Notes: a model not told the origin generated them from the letters alone. 64,000 nt of DNA from an uncultured Nitrospiraceae bacterium (GCA_963727775.1 CAVSHB010000002.1:576001-640000), one strand, 5' to 3'. Positions 29,353 to 40,297 are shown, counted from the first letter of the stretch. Numbers and translations are program-made.

Positions 29353-29998
29353 ATCACACGCACCGTGAAATTGAATGTACCGGATACCGTAGGGGCGCCT
29401 GATATCAGGCCGGTGGAACTGTTGAGGGTCAAACCATTGGGGGGAAGACTCCCTGAGATGATAGACCAACTGTAGGGCATCACACCGCCTGTGGTGGCAA
29501 GTGTCTGGTTAATATGGATTCCCCAAGAGGCCTGAAGGCAAGGATGAAGTAGTGATGACCAAAACGGCGGGGGAAATTACATATTCCTCTGTTCCTACGG
29601 ACGATGGGTTCCCTGCTTTATCCACTGCAAGGAATTTGAGGGTTGTGTCTGATGAAATATATATGGGTCCGGTGTATACTGAAGAACCTGTGGTCGGCGT
29701 GCTGCCGTCCGTTGTGTAATATATTTTATCGCAACCGGAACCGGTACCGTCCTGGCAAGCTAATGTGACCGACTGGCCGCTGTTGAATGTTCCTCCTTCC
29801 GGAGAAGCTGTGACCGTAGGAGCGGTCGTATCTAAAATTATTGAATCGGTAGAGGCTGACGACCAGTTGTTCAAGCTGTCCCTAAAACGGGCATAAACCG
29901 TCTTTGTGCCGGCGCCTGATAACAGCGTCCATGCTTTTGATGGCGTATAAGTCTCAGGGTTGGACCAGTCTATAGTGTCGTTGCTGAATTGCATTTGA

Positions 29999-31618
29999 CC
30001 CGAAAAATGCGTTTGCTATAGGCATACCTATAGAGTCAAGCCTATCAAGGCATTGGCTGATTTGTCGATATAAAAGCTAATACTGATGCTGTTTCTTGTT
30101 CCACCTCCTGAAAATTATGTTCTTTTTATCTAAATGCAGTGCAATTACCAAAACTGGGGGGAAAGTATTGTCCCACGCGGTTAAAGAGGTAGCGCAGTTT
30201 TGATCGTACTTTCTGCGTAAAGACAGAAATCCGCAATACAGGTTTCCTTCCATCCCATCCTAATTGGGCTGGAAGGACAAGATACTTGTACCGTAAGGTT
30301 TTCAAACGTTCTGTCTTTTCTTTTTGACCGAGTATCTGATGCCTGAACAGGACAAACAGATTGTAGATGAATACCCGAATAAGCATAGCCGCCTCCGTTG
30401 AGTAGAAATACTTCATCGAGAACCCGCCGAGTGCAAAATCCTCTTTCAGTTCCTTGATGGTATTCTCATCGTTCGCCCTATGCCTGCATTGCTTCCATAC
30501 CTCATATGTAGAATCATGTGAATTGGTTATCCATACGCTATAACGATAATGCCCTGTATCAAACTCATCTCCGAAAAGAGACAACTCTTTTCCCATCGCG
30601 TGCGGTCTCTTCTTGACATCCTGGCGCACTGCAATAAACCTCCTGTCGATTATCCACTCTACATGCTGGAAGAAGAACTCAGTGATCCATATCCCTTCTT
30701 CTACCTGTGCCCAGTTTTGTTGTGCGTAGATTATCCTCTGCAGCGGACGATATAGGCGAGCAGCTATGATATATACTAATTCTCTCTTCTCAAGCAGTTC
30801 GATGAACTCCCTAAGATAAAATCCACTGTCTGCAATAATGCCCTTGATATCGATATGACCGTTGATCCTCTGCCATGTGGATTCAAAAAATCCAATAATG
30901 TTGTTCCGTGACATCACGTTGCCGGGGCGGTTCCAAAGATTTATCACATACTTGTTTCTGTTAAGAAATGCCAGAAGCGGGCTGTGGCTACCACGGCCCT
31001 TCTTCTTCGGGTTATATCCCCTCTTGACTCCCTCCTGTTTTCCGTATCGCTCAAGGACTGTAGAATCGAACGTCAACCAGTCCTCTTTGAGCTCTTTCCA
31101 GGGGATCAATCTCTTCAAGTATCCCCATAATCCCTCCGACATCTCTTCCACTTCCTTCAGTTTTCTGATCTTCCTGAAAAGCCTGCCCAATGTCGTCGAG
31201 GCGATAGGAAGCCTCTTCACTGCAAAAAGATCGGTGAAAATCTCCTGCCAACCAAGATAAAGTAGATGAGAAAACCTGCTGCCTCCCGCATAGATCAGAA
31301 GGATGTATGCCAATACCTTGCTGTATATCCCCATTCCATTGGGTGAACTCTCATGGATCGGAATCACCTCTTGCAAAATTCCTCTCAATTTGATCTTTTC
31401 AAAAAATGCAGCCAATAAACTGAATCCCCCATATGCCGTCATCTTCTTCTCCGTAAATCCAATCCTTACTTTATTTATTTCGATCTTTGTGCTACATTTT
31501 GACTGCATATTTCTATTCTCCTTTCGTTTAGAGTTGATGGTCGGGTAAACCTATTGATTCTAATACGAAAGGAGAATTTCTTCGGGGATATTATTTTAGG
31601 TCAACTGCACTTTTTGGG
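29999..31618 (-). mobile_element. IS1380-family insertion sequence
   Basis: Imperfect IRs CCCGAAAAATGC / GCACTTTTTGGG; 4-bp TSD TTGA on both sides. Confidence 0.88.
30126..31508 (-). CDS. IS1380-family DDE transposase
   Basis: TAYGG, TFDST, GYNPKK.G..SHSPL, RPGN, ADSGF, RANDENTIKELK. Confidence 0.88.
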   Translation of the reverse strand: MQSKCSTKIEINKVRIGFTEKKMTAYGGFSLLAAFFEKIKLRGILQEVIPIHESSPNGMGIYSKVLAYILLIYAGGSRFSHLLYLGWQEIFTDLFAVKRLPIASTTLGRLFRKIRKLKEVEEMSEGLWGYLKRLIPWKELKEDWLTFDSTVLERYGKQEGVKRGYNPKKKGRGSHSPLLAFLNRNKYVINLWNRPGNVMSRNNIIGFFESTWQRINGHIDIKGIIADSGFYLREFIELLEKRELVYIIAARLYRPLQRIIYAQQNWAQVEEGIWITEFFFQHVEWIIDRRFIAVRQDVKKRPHAMGKELSLFGDEFDTGHYRYSVWITNSHDSTYEVWKQCRHRANDENTIKELKEDFALGGFSMKYFYSTEAAMLIRVFIYNLFVLFRHQILGQKEKTERLKTLRYKYLVLPAQLGWDGRKPVLRISVFTQKVRSKLRYLFNRVGQYFPPSFGNCTAFR

Positions 31619-32054
31619 TTGAGTGCATGCGTTTCCAGTAAAATCGTCACACGATAAGGTAAGGGTCACAGCAACGGAACCGGTAGCTGCCGCTCCTGAA
31701 TTAATAACTATTAACCCCATGGGCGTCCTCAAGAGTGTGCCGTTTTCTCCAGCCGCAACAAAGATATTATCGCCATAAGTCAGGCCGAAAAGGCGGTAGC
31801 CGGTTTCAGAGTCCAGGCTGCCCCGTTGGGTGACGTAAGAATTGTTCCGGCGTCTCCTACAGCTATAAATTTGTTGTCGGCGCTGTTAGCGGAAGTTCAC
31901 TCGCCAATATTCTATTCCATTCCGTAAAGAGTAACTTGTGAAATGTGAAGTGAAAAAAGCAAGTTCTAAGTTCAATGTTTCAAAAAGCTGTCAAGCTGGA
32001 AAGCCGGCCGGCTGCAAGGTTAGAAGCCAACAAGCTTGGAAGCTCAGAGTCCGG

Positions 32055-33098
32055 TCAAATTTTGTAGTAGTTCCGATACCATCCCACAAACTGCTTAATA
32101 CCTTGCTCAATTGTTGTAACGGGCTTAAATCCTGCATCTTTCATTAAATCATCCACATCAGCACAAGTTGCCGGGACATCTCCGGGCTGAATAGGCAGAA
32201 GGTTTTTCTTTGCTTTTTTCCCGAGACAATCCTCTAAGACCTCGATAAATCTCATTAGCTCAACAGGATTGTTGTTGCCTATATTGTATAGCTTGTAGGG
32301 CGCATAACTTATAGCAGAATCGGGATTGTTTCCGTTCCATGCAGGATCAGGCTGTGGAATCATTTCAATAACCCTGACAACTCCCTCTATGATGTCATCA
32401 ATATAGGTAAAATCCCGCTGCATCTTTCCGTAATTGAATACATCTATCGGTTTCCCCTCTAAGATAGCCTTTGTAAAAAGAAATAATGCCATGTCCGGAC
32501 GGCCCCAGGGTCCATAAACAGTAAAAAACCGCAACCCAGTACAGGGCAGGTTGTAGAGACTTGCATAGGTATGAGCCATAAGCTCATTCGACTTTTTGGT
32601 TGCTGCATACAATGAGACAGGATGATCTACGTTATGATGAACAGAAAACGGCATTTTTGTGTTTGCTCCGTAGACAGAGCTTGATGAGGCGAACACAAAG
32701 TGCTTAACCTTACTATGTCTGCACCCTTCAAGTATATTGACAAACCCGACAATATTGCTGTCTATGTACGCATGAGGATTTATTATGGAATATCTCACCC
32801 CTGCCTGTGCAGCAAGGTTAACTACAACGTCAAATCTTTCATCAGAAAAAATTCTGGCTACTGATTCCCGTTCTTTAAGATCTATCTTTATAAGTTTAAA
32901 ATTCTTGTTTCCTTCAATCTGTTTGAGTCTGTCAATTTTGAGATTGACATCATAATAATCATTGAGATTATCGATACCGGTTATTTCATTGTTATTTTGC
33001 AGCAACTTTTTACAAAGGTGAAACCCGATGAAACCTGCTGCACCAGTGACCAAAATCTTTTTACGGTTCAATTTTGTCTCCTTCCATAAGTTTATCAA
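32055..33098 (-). CDS. UDP-glucuronate 4-epimerase-like NAD-dependent epimerase
   Basis: [46 protein letters not shown]. Confidence 0.9.
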   Translation of the reverse strand: MINLWKETKLNRKKILVTGAAGFIGFHLCKKLLQNNNEITGIDNLNDYYDVNLKIDRLKQIEGNKNFKLIKIDLKERESVARIFSDERFDVVVNLAAQAGVRYSIINPHAYIDSNIVGFVNILEGCRHSKVKHFVFASSSSVYGANTKMPFSVHHNVDHPVSLYAATKKSNELMAHTYASLYNLPCTGLRFFTVYGPWGRPDMALFLFTKAILEGKPIDVFNYGKMQRDFTYIDDIIEGVVRVIEMIPQPDPAWNGNNPDSAISYAPYKLYNIGNNNPVELMRFIEVLEDCLGKKAKKNLLPIQPGDVPATCADVDDLMKDAGFKPVTTIEQGIKQFVGWYRNYYKI

Positions 33099-33270
33099 AA
33101 AAGCAAAAAAAACTCCAAGTGATTTGCAGGCAAAGTGTCCAGGTCAACAGGCCACAATCTTCTAATTTTTATAGATTATAAATGGACTTTTTTCGAAAGA
33201 AAAAACTTGCTTTTTGAGATGGGATTTAATATTTTTATAGAAACGATAATAATCGTTGGGAAGGTGATCA

Positions 33271-33435
33271 ATGATTGATTTGACCGGAAAGATAGTGGTT
33301 GTTGAAACGCCTGAAACGACTTATACAGGGAAGCTCATTGAGATAGGGGAGGAGGAAATTCATCTTGAATCGGAAATCGGATGGATTGTCATACCTGTGG
33401 AAAGGGTCACTTCAATCAAAGAAAAGGAAGATTAG
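33271..33435 (+). CDS. 54-aa Sm/LSm-like small beta-barrel protein (not in ORF track)
   Basis: MIDLTGKIVVVETPETTYTGKLIEIGEEEIHLESEIGWIVIPVERVTSIKEKED*; AAGGTG RBS. Confidence 0.7.
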   Translation: MIDLTGKIVVVETPETTYTGKLIEIGEEEIHLESEIGWIVIPVERVTSIKEKED

Positions 33436-34196
33436 CCCATATCACCTAATAAGAACTGCGCCAGCGCCACTGCTGTGATCGCTGCGGTTTCAGCCCTGAG
33501 AATTCTTTTGCCCAATGAAATAACAAAGAACCCTTTTGCTTCGGCAAAGGCTATTTCTTCTTTTGTAAATCCGCCTTCAGGGCCGATGATTATAATTAAT
33601 TCCTTGCCGCCCCCCTTTACTAATGAGGGAATGGGGTCCTCGATTTTTTTTAATGACTCAACCGCTTCTGATAGTTTCAGTCCGCCTTCTTCATAAAATA
33701 TGAAACCATGAGTCATGGAGCTAGCAAAGCAGGAGGGCAAAAATTGTTCGAATTCAACAGGCTCATGAATTACCGGTACTAAACTTCTTCCCGATTGTCT
33801 CGACGACTCCCCGGCAATTTTTCTCCACCGCGTAATCTTCTTAGTCTCTCTCAGCTGGCTTCTGCCGGTAACGACAGGGACTATTTCTTTCACCCCGAGT
33901 TCCGTAGCCTTTTGAATGACAAGGTCCATTTTTTCACCTTTTAATAAGCCTTGCACAAGAATTATGTCTATGGGAGATTCGATATCGCATAGAAATTTTT
34001 CCGTCACCTCTGCGGTTATTTCTTTTTTTTCAGACTTTATTATCGTTGTCTTGAAACATTTGCCTTCTCCGTCAAAGACGGTCAGCTCATCGCCTTTTTT
34101 GCACCTGAGGACTGATATGAGATAACGGGCCTTCTCGTCTGTGATAGATATCGTGTTATCTACGATATTAGTCTTCGGCAGGTATATCCTCGGCAT
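33432..34196 (-). CDS. rsmE: 16S rRNA m3U1498 methyltransferase
   Basis: VLR, QKATELGV, QSGR, IGPEGGF, LGKRILRAETA. Confidence 0.93.
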   Translation of the reverse strand: MPRIYLPKTNIVDNTISITDEKARYLISVLRCKKGDELTVFDGEGKCFKTTIIKSEKKEITAEVTEKFLCDIESPIDIILVQGLLKGEKMDLVIQKATELGVKEIVPVVTGRSQLRETKKITRWRKIAGESSRQSGRSLVPVIHEPVEFEQFLPSCFASSMTHGFIFYEEGGLKLSEAVESLKKIEDPIPSLVKGGGKELIIIIGPEGGFTKEEIAFAEAKGFFVISLGKRILRAETAAITAVALAQFLLGDMG

Positions 34197-34204
34197 TTGA
34201 TCGT

Positions 34205-34648
34205 CTATTTCTTTAAAACGGATTTTAACAGAATGAGTATGATGCCGACGGTCAATGCTGAGTCGGCAACATTGAATGAAGGCCAGTGGTAGCTGCCTAT
34301 TGAAAAATCTATGAAGTCTACAACTTTTCCGTAAAGAATCCTGTCGATTAGATTCCCTATTGCTCCGCCGAGAACAAGTGAGAGGCCTAAGCTGTTGTAG
34401 ATATTCCTGATCAGAAGATTTATTACAAAAATTATTGCTATAACCGATATCCCGATAAAAAAGCTGCTGCCGAGGGATTTGAACATTCCGAACGCGGCGC
34501 CCGTATTCCTGATATTTACTATATGCAGGAAGGGAAATATTTCGATAGAATCAAACAGCGGCAGGTATCCGATAATGAGGAACTTCGTTATCTGGTCCAA
34601 TGCGATGACGGACAAGACAATGAACAAAATATATGCGGGTTTTTTCAT
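34205..34648 (-). CDS. lspA: Lipoprotein signal peptidase
   Basis: DQITK, NTGAAFG, GGAIGNLIDR, VVDFI, FNVAD. Confidence 0.95.
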   Translation of the reverse strand: MKKPAYILFIVLSVIALDQITKFLIIGYLPLFDSIEIFPFLHIVNIRNTGAAFGMFKSLGSSFFIGISVIAIIFVINLLIRNIYNSLGLSLVLGGAIGNLIDRILYGKVVDFIDFSIGSYHWPSFNVADSALTVGIILILLKSVLKK

Positions 34649-34698
34649 TAAGCACTCCTGATAATCCTGTTTAATTCTGTTCGTGATAAGAAAGAGAA

Positions 34699-37521
34699 TT
34701 ACTTCCCGAAAATTACCTTATGGCACCTATCGCAGATGTCCGGCGCTTCTGTAAATGTGCCGACTGCTTCGCTCCAGTTCCAGCAACGCTGGCATTTTGA
34801 ACCGGGAGCCCTTTCGACTTTTATCTCAAGACCTCCTATCTCCGTGCTTTGGTAGGAGCCTTCGCTGCTTTTGTCAGTAGCTTCAACTGCCGAGACGATA
34901 AAGAATGTCGGCAAAAATTTTCTATCTCCCAAAAGAAGGGCATTATATTTTTCAGGAAGGCGGAGTGTTATCTTTGCCTCAAGCGAATTCCCGAGGAACC
35001 TTTCCGCCCTTTTTATCTCGATCGCCTTATTTACCTCATTTCTCAATGAAAAGAGACTGCCCCATTTCTCTTCGAGCGCAAGGTCAAGATATGTTTCGTC
35101 AACTTCGGGGAATGAGGTGAGAAAGACGGATTCTTCCGTGTCTTTTCCCCCTTGTTCTCTGCTCTCTGCTTTTTGCTTTATGCTCTGCCAGACTTCTTCC
35201 GCGGTGAATGAGATGACCGGGGACATTAAGCGGGTCATTGTTGAGAGGATCCGGGAGAGCACCCATTGTGCCGCGCGTCTTTCTTTTGAATCAGTCCTGA
35301 AAGTATAGAGCCTGTCTTTCAGCACATCAAAATAGAACGAGCTCATGTCGACAATACAAAAATTGTAGATGCTGTGAAAAGCTTCATGGAAATCGAAACT
35401 CTCATAGGCGGAAGTTACCTTCCCTGTGAAGGTCTGCAGCCTGCTCATGGCCCATCTGTCTATCGCCAGCATGTCTTTGCCGTAATCGCCGTAATCGAAG
35501 TCGTGGATGTTCCCGAGTAGAAACCTGCACGTATTTCTTATCTTCCTGTACGCTTCGGTCAATCTGTCGAGTATCTCCTTTGATATCCTTATATCGTCCC
35601 TGTAGTCCTCTGCAGATACCCATAATCTCAGGATCTCCGCGCCGTTGGCTTTTATGACTTCCTGCGGGGCTATAACATTGCCGAGGGATTTGGACATTTT
35701 TTTGCCTTGGCCGTCAACCACGAAACCGTGGGTGAGCACGGTCCTGTAAGGGGCCTTGCCCCTTGTGCCGACAGACGTAAGCAGCGAACTCTGGAACCAT
35801 CCCCTGTGCTGGTCGCTCCCTTCGAGGTACATATCGGCAGGCCAGGAAAGCCTGTCGTCAGCTTCCATGACAGCCGCATGGCTTACTCCGGAATCAAACC
35901 ACACATCAAGAATGTCCATCTCTTTTGAAAACGATCCGCCACCGCATTTCCTGCACTTGTATCCCTGCGGCAGAAACTCCTCCGCTTTTTTCATGAACCA
36001 TATATCGGCGCTGTGGGTTTCGACCAGCTTGACTATTCCGGCCAGGACATCGGCGTCTGTTACAAACTCTTCACAACCTTCACACCTGAGTACAGTTATC
36101 GGCACGCCCCAAGCCCTCTGTCTTGATATGCACCAGTCGGGCCTGTTCGAGACCATGCCGTGGATCCTTTCGCGGCCCCATGAGGGGACCCATCCTGCCT
36201 TATCGATCTCTGAAAGGGCGTTTTTTCTTAGCCCGTTCTTTTCCATTGAGATGAACCACTGTTCCGTCGCCCGGAAGATCACCGGCTTTTTGCACCGCCA
36301 GCAATGAGGATATGAATGGGTGATCTTTTCCTCTTTTATCAAAGCATTTTTGTCCTTGAGTATGTCTATGATTTCGGCGTTTGCCTTGAAAACAAACTTG
36401 CCCTGTAAAGGCGAATCCTGTTCGACCCCGGCGAATCTGAACTTGCCGTATTTATCCACCGGAGCATAGATGTCCAGCCCGTACTTCAAGCCGGTCTCAT
36501 AGTCGTCTTCGCCATGGCCGGGAGCAACATGGACGATGCCGGTACCTTCTTCGAGAGATACAAATTCACCCAGGACCGTTTTCGATTGCCTACAAATAAA
36601 CGGATGCTGCGCGTACATGCCTTCAAGGTTTTTCCCGGTAGTCCTTGTAATAACATTTCCCGTGAGACCGATCTTTTCTCTGAGAGGCCCGACCCTGCCT
36701 TCCGCAACAATATAAACTTCATTGTCCGTTTCAATCCCTACGTAATCGAAATCAGGGTGAAACGCGAGGGCGAGGTTTGCCGGGAGTGTCCAGGGAGTGG
36801 TGGTCCATATTACAACAAACACGCTTTTTCCCTGGAGCTGTGGAAAAAATCTTTTTGTATTCTCCTCGTCAATAGCGAATTTGACGAATATGGAAGGCGA
36901 TTCTTTATCAGCGTATTCAACCTCTGCTTCCGCAAGGGCCGTAATGCATGACGGGCACCAGTGTACCGGCTTTTTTCCTTTGTAGGCGTAACCGGCTTCA
37001 AAAAATTTACAGAACTCCCTTACGATTGTAGCTTCATATGAGTACGACATTGTCAGGTAAGGTTTCATCCAGTCGCCTAATCCGCCGAGCCTTTGGAACT
37101 CATTTCTCTGGATCTCAACGAACCCTGCCGCATATTCCTTGCAGAGTTTCCGCTTCCCGAGGATATCGAGCTTGTCTTTCTTGTCCCCAAGGTTTTTATC
37201 AACCTGGAGTTCTATCGGCAGGCCGTGGCAGTCCCAGCCCGGCACATATGGCGAATAATACCCTTTCATCGCTTTGTATTTGACGATAATGTCCTTGAGT
37301 ATCTTGTTCAACGCATGGCCGATGTGTATGTGACCATTAGCATAGGGAGGTCCGTCGTGGAGGATGTAATGCGGGTTTTGCTTCCTCTGCTCAAGGATTT
37401 TTTCGTATATCTTTTTCTCTTCCCAGAACTTTATTATCTCCGGCTCCTTTTGTGTGAGGTTGGCCTTCATAGGGAAATCGGTCTGCGGAAGATTCAGCGT
37501 GTCCTTATAATCTTTCGACAT
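34699..37521 (-). CDS. ileS: Isoleucine--tRNA ligase
   Basis: DGPPYANG..HIGH, WDCHGLPIE, KMSKS, C-terminal Zn finger; start moved to MSKDYKDT. Confidence 0.96.
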   Translation of the reverse strand: MSKDYKDTLNLPQTDFPMKANLTQKEPEIIKFWEEKKIYEKILEQRKQNPHYILHDGPPYANGHIHIGHALNKILKDIIVKYKAMKGYYSPYVPGWDCHGLPIELQVDKNLGDKKDKLDILGKRKLCKEYAAGFVEIQRNEFQRLGGLGDWMKPYLTMSYSYEATIVREFCKFFEAGYAYKGKKPVHWCPSCITALAEAEVEYADKESPSIFVKFAIDEENTKRFFPQLQGKSVFVVIWTTTPWTLPANLALAFHPDFDYVGIETDNEVYIVAEGRVGPLREKIGLTGNVITRTTGKNLEGMYAQHPFICRQSKTVLGEFVSLEEGTGIVHVAPGHGEDDYETGLKYGLDIYAPVDKYGKFRFAGVEQDSPLQGKFVFKANAEIIDILKDKNALIKEEKITHSYPHCWRCKKPVIFRATEQWFISMEKNGLRKNALSEIDKAGWVPSWGRERIHGMVSNRPDWCISRQRAWGVPITVLRCEGCEEFVTDADVLAGIVKLVETHSADIWFMKKAEEFLPQGYKCRKCGGGSFSKEMDILDVWFDSGVSHAAVMEADDRLSWPADMYLEGSDQHRGWFQSSLLTSVGTRGKAPYRTVLTHGFVVDGQGKKMSKSLGNVIAPQEVIKANGAEILRLWVSAEDYRDDIRISKEILDRLTEAYRKIRNTCRFLLGNIHDFDYGDYGKDMLAIDRWAMSRLQTFTGKVTSAYESFDFHEAFHSIYNFCIVDMSSFYFDVLKDRLYTFRTDSKERRAAQWVLSRILSTMTRLMSPVISFTAEEVWQSIKQKAESREQGGKDTEESVFLTSFPEVDETYLDLALEEKWGSLFSLRNEVNKAIEIKRAERFLGNSLEAKITLRLPEKYNALLLGDRKFLPTFFIVSAVEATDKSSEGSYQSTEIGGLEIKVERAPGSKCQRCWNWSEAVGTFTEAPDICDRCHKVIFGK

Positions 37522-37537
37522 TTCGCAGTTTACTCTC

Positions 37538-39640
37538 TTATTTCTCTTCAGCCTTGTCTTTTTTCTGCGCTTCGCGTTCGGCAATAATCTTTTGGGTCAG
37601 GTGGCTCGGAAGCTCCTCATAATGAGAAAATTCCATTGAATAAAGCCCTCTTCCGGAAGTCAGACTGACGAGCTGGTTTGCATAAGTGAGCATCTCGGAC
37701 ATGGGGACTTGAGCGTTTATCTTCTGGTTGCCGCCGGCCTGAGGCTCTACCCCCTGGACTCTGCCCCTCTTGGAATTCAGGTCTCCTATTACCGCGCCGA
37801 GTGTGTCGTCAGGGGTTATGACTTCAACTTTCATTATCGGTTCGAGCAGAATGGGTTTTGCATCCTGAACAGCCTTTCTCAGTGCCATAGATCCCGCGAT
37901 CTTAAATGCCATTTCCGAAGAATCGACTGTATGGTATGAGCCGTCGACTAACGAAACCTTAATATCCACCAGGGGATATCCGGCGATGACACCGTCTTTC
38001 ATGGTCTCTACAACACCCTTTTCGACCGCGGGCCTGTATTGCTGGGGAATGACTCCACCGACAATCTTGTCTTGGAATTCATAACCTCCGCCTCTGGGCA
38101 ACGGCACTACTTCCAATGAGCAATCGCCGTATTGTCCGCGGCCACCCGACTGTTTCTTGTATTTTCCCTGTGCCCTTGTTGGGACCTTGATCGTTTCCCT
38201 GTAAGGGACCTTGGGGGTTTTCATCAGGACCTCGACGCCGAATTTTCGTTTCAGTCTTTCGAGGGTCACTTCGAGATGTACCTGTCCCATACCTGAAAGG
38301 AGCATCTCCTTTGTCTCCTCGTCCCTCTGGAACTTCAGGGTCGGGTCTTCTTCAAGTATGCGGTGAAGACCGGTGCCGATCTTGTCTTCATCACCCTTGG
38401 ATTTCGAAGCTATCGCATACGATATTATGGGGTCGGCAAATTTTACCTTTTCGAAGACAATCTGTTTTGCTTCCTCGGAGAGCGTGTCTCCCGTATATGT
38501 ATCTTTGAGTTTTGCAACAACACCGATCTCGCCCGGTCCGATGGCCTGTGCCGGGACCTGCTTTTTCCCAAGGAGGTAAAAGACCTGGCCGATCCTCTCC
38601 TTTGACCCTGTCATTGTGTTCAGGACATTCGAGTCTGCCTTAAGTACGCCGGAATAGACCCTGAATATGGAGAGTCTTCCCGCAAATGGGTCTGCGATAG
38701 TCTTAAAAACATAAGCCGACATGGGATCTGTCTGCAAAGGTTTTCTCTCCGCATCCTTCCCGTCCTTGGGGTTTTTCCCTTTAATCGGTGATATCCTTGA
38801 CATTGCTTCAGGAGAAGGAAGGCAGAGGATCATGGTATCGAGAAGTTCCTGGATTGCTATATTCTTAAGTGCCGAACCACAGGTGACCGGGATGAACCTC
38901 TTTGTCAGCGCACCCCATTTTACTCCCTTTATGATCTCCTCGTCTGTTAATGCCCCTCCCTCGAGATATTTCTCAAGCAGGGCATCGTCGGATTCCGCAA
39001 TCTTTTCTATAAGCTTCTTCTGGTATGCCTCGACCTCCGGAAGCATATCGGAAGGAATTTCAGATTCTTGTGCCTTACCGGTATCAAATGTGAAGGCCTT
39101 CATCTTTACCAGATCGACAATCCCCCTGAAACTTTCACCGGTGCCTATAGGTAGCTGCAGCGGCAAAGGCTCTGTTTCAAAGGACTTTTCGAGCTCTCCG
39201 ATGGCCCTCGAAAAATTCGCGTTGTCCTTGTCCATTTTATTTATGAAAACAACTACCGGTAATTCGAATTCGGACGCATACTTCCATATCTTTTGCGTTT
39301 CGGCTTTGACCCCCGAGATGGCACTCACGATGACTACTGCCCCGTCAACAGCCCTCAGACAACCACGGGTATCCTCAAGGAAGTTGATAAACCCGGGCGT
39401 ATCAATCAGGTTTATCCTGTAACCATTCCAGTTGCAAAAGGCAAGTGAAGAAGTGATCGTTATCTTCCGCGCTATTTCTTCCGGCTCATGATCGGTCGTT
39501 GATGTGCCGTCGTCGACTCTTCCGAGCCTGTCTATTGAGCCTGAATCAAAAAGGACCGCCTCGACCAAAGACGTCTTGCCGGCGCCTCCGTGCGCAATAA
39601 CAGCAATGTTCCGAATCTTATCAACCTCAAAGTTTGCCAT
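37538..39640 (-). CDS. fusA: Elongation factor G-like protein (EF-G2 type)
   Basis: AHGGAGKT, RKITI, DTPG, NKMD, KQSGGRGQYG; divergent from canonical AHIDAGKT/RGITI. Confidence 0.88.
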   Translation of the reverse strand: MANFEVDKIRNIAVIAHGGAGKTSLVEAVLFDSGSIDRLGRVDDGTSTTDHEPEEIARKITITSSLAFCNWNGYRINLIDTPGFINFLEDTRGCLRAVDGAVVIVSAISGVKAETQKIWKYASEFELPVVVFINKMDKDNANFSRAIGELEKSFETEPLPLQLPIGTGESFRGIVDLVKMKAFTFDTGKAQESEIPSDMLPEVEAYQKKLIEKIAESDDALLEKYLEGGALTDEEIIKGVKWGALTKRFIPVTCGSALKNIAIQELLDTMILCLPSPEAMSRISPIKGKNPKDGKDAERKPLQTDPMSAYVFKTIADPFAGRLSIFRVYSGVLKADSNVLNTMTGSKERIGQVFYLLGKKQVPAQAIGPGEIGVVAKLKDTYTGDTLSEEAKQIVFEKVKFADPIISYAIASKSKGDEDKIGTGLHRILEEDPTLKFQRDEETKEMLLSGMGQVHLEVTLERLKRKFGVEVLMKTPKVPYRETIKVPTRAQGKYKKQSGGRGQYGDCSLEVVPLPRGGGYEFQDKIVGGVIPQQYRPAVEKGVVETMKDGVIAGYPLVDIKVSLVDGSYHTVDSSEMAFKIAGSMALRKAVQDAKPILLEPIMKVEVITPDDTLGAVIGDLNSKRGRVQGVEPQAGGNQKINAQVPMSEMLTYANQLVSLTSGRGLYSMEFSHYEELPSHLTQKIIAEREAQKKDKAEEK

Positions 39641-39660
39641 AAATTCCCCCTATATTTAAG

Positions 39661-40104
39661 TTAGTCTAAAATTTCCTCGATGACCGGTTTCGTCTCTGTC
39701 TTTTTCGATATTCTGCTGCTCCATATTTTTACAACCGCAAAGGATATTATGAACGCGCCGAATCCGAAGACGGCGGAAACGATGTCAGGGTCGAGTTCCT
39801 GCAAAAAATGGCTGAAGACTTCTTTGCCGATGACCGCTCCTATAATCAGGGCAAGGGCGGGGATCCCATATACAACTACCGAGCCTCTCAGATATGTATA
39901 AGGTTTCATCACAATTCTGACCTTCTGTCCGACATGGGCATTGACGGGATTTAATGCCTCGATCTCCATGAATTGGTTCTCAGGCCTGCAGATACCCATG
40001 GTGCAGCCTTCGCAGGCGCTCTTCTGCGGTACGCAAACAATAGCAAGCATGCCGTCAATACTCTTGATAAGACCAACCTCCTCCACAGTTTTGAATTTTA
40101 ACAT
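39661..40104 (-). CDS. RseC/MucC-family membrane protein
   Basis: SACEGC...C motif, A.VGQKV, YGIP, two TM helices. Confidence 0.8.
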   Translation of the reverse strand: MLKFKTVEEVGLIKSIDGMLAIVCVPQKSACEGCTMGICRPENQFMEIEALNPVNAHVGQKVRIVMKPYTYLRGSVVVYGIPALALIIGAVIGKEVFSHFLQELDPDIVSAVFGFGAFIISFAVVKIWSSRISKKTETKPVIEEILD

Positions 40105-40297
40105 ATCGCATATTTAAAAGTCCTGACTTGGCAAGTAACCCGAAATACAGTTAGGAACATGCGGATGTCATGGAAAAATTTATTTTTCGCTACCTTTAGT
40201 GTACATTCAACAAATGATTCAGGGATTGGATATTTGACAAAATTATCCGTCTTTGGATAGGTTATATCGAAAAAATCACCCGGACAGTGAGGTCAGA

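Larger units (their letters stand above)
29353..31880 (-). pseudogene. Decayed large surface protein (beta-propeller-type repeats, Ig-like, chitobiase/Fn3-associated and He_PIG Ig domains) split by IS1380
   Basis: FIAVGDAGTILTSPNG; across the IS junction [72 protein letters not shown]; several frameshifts. Confidence 0.8.

Noticed and set aside
31985..32050. Degenerate 8-nt periodic repeats (GCTGGAAA, GCTGCAAG, GCTTGGAA)
   Set aside because: Too degenerate and short to assign a function.
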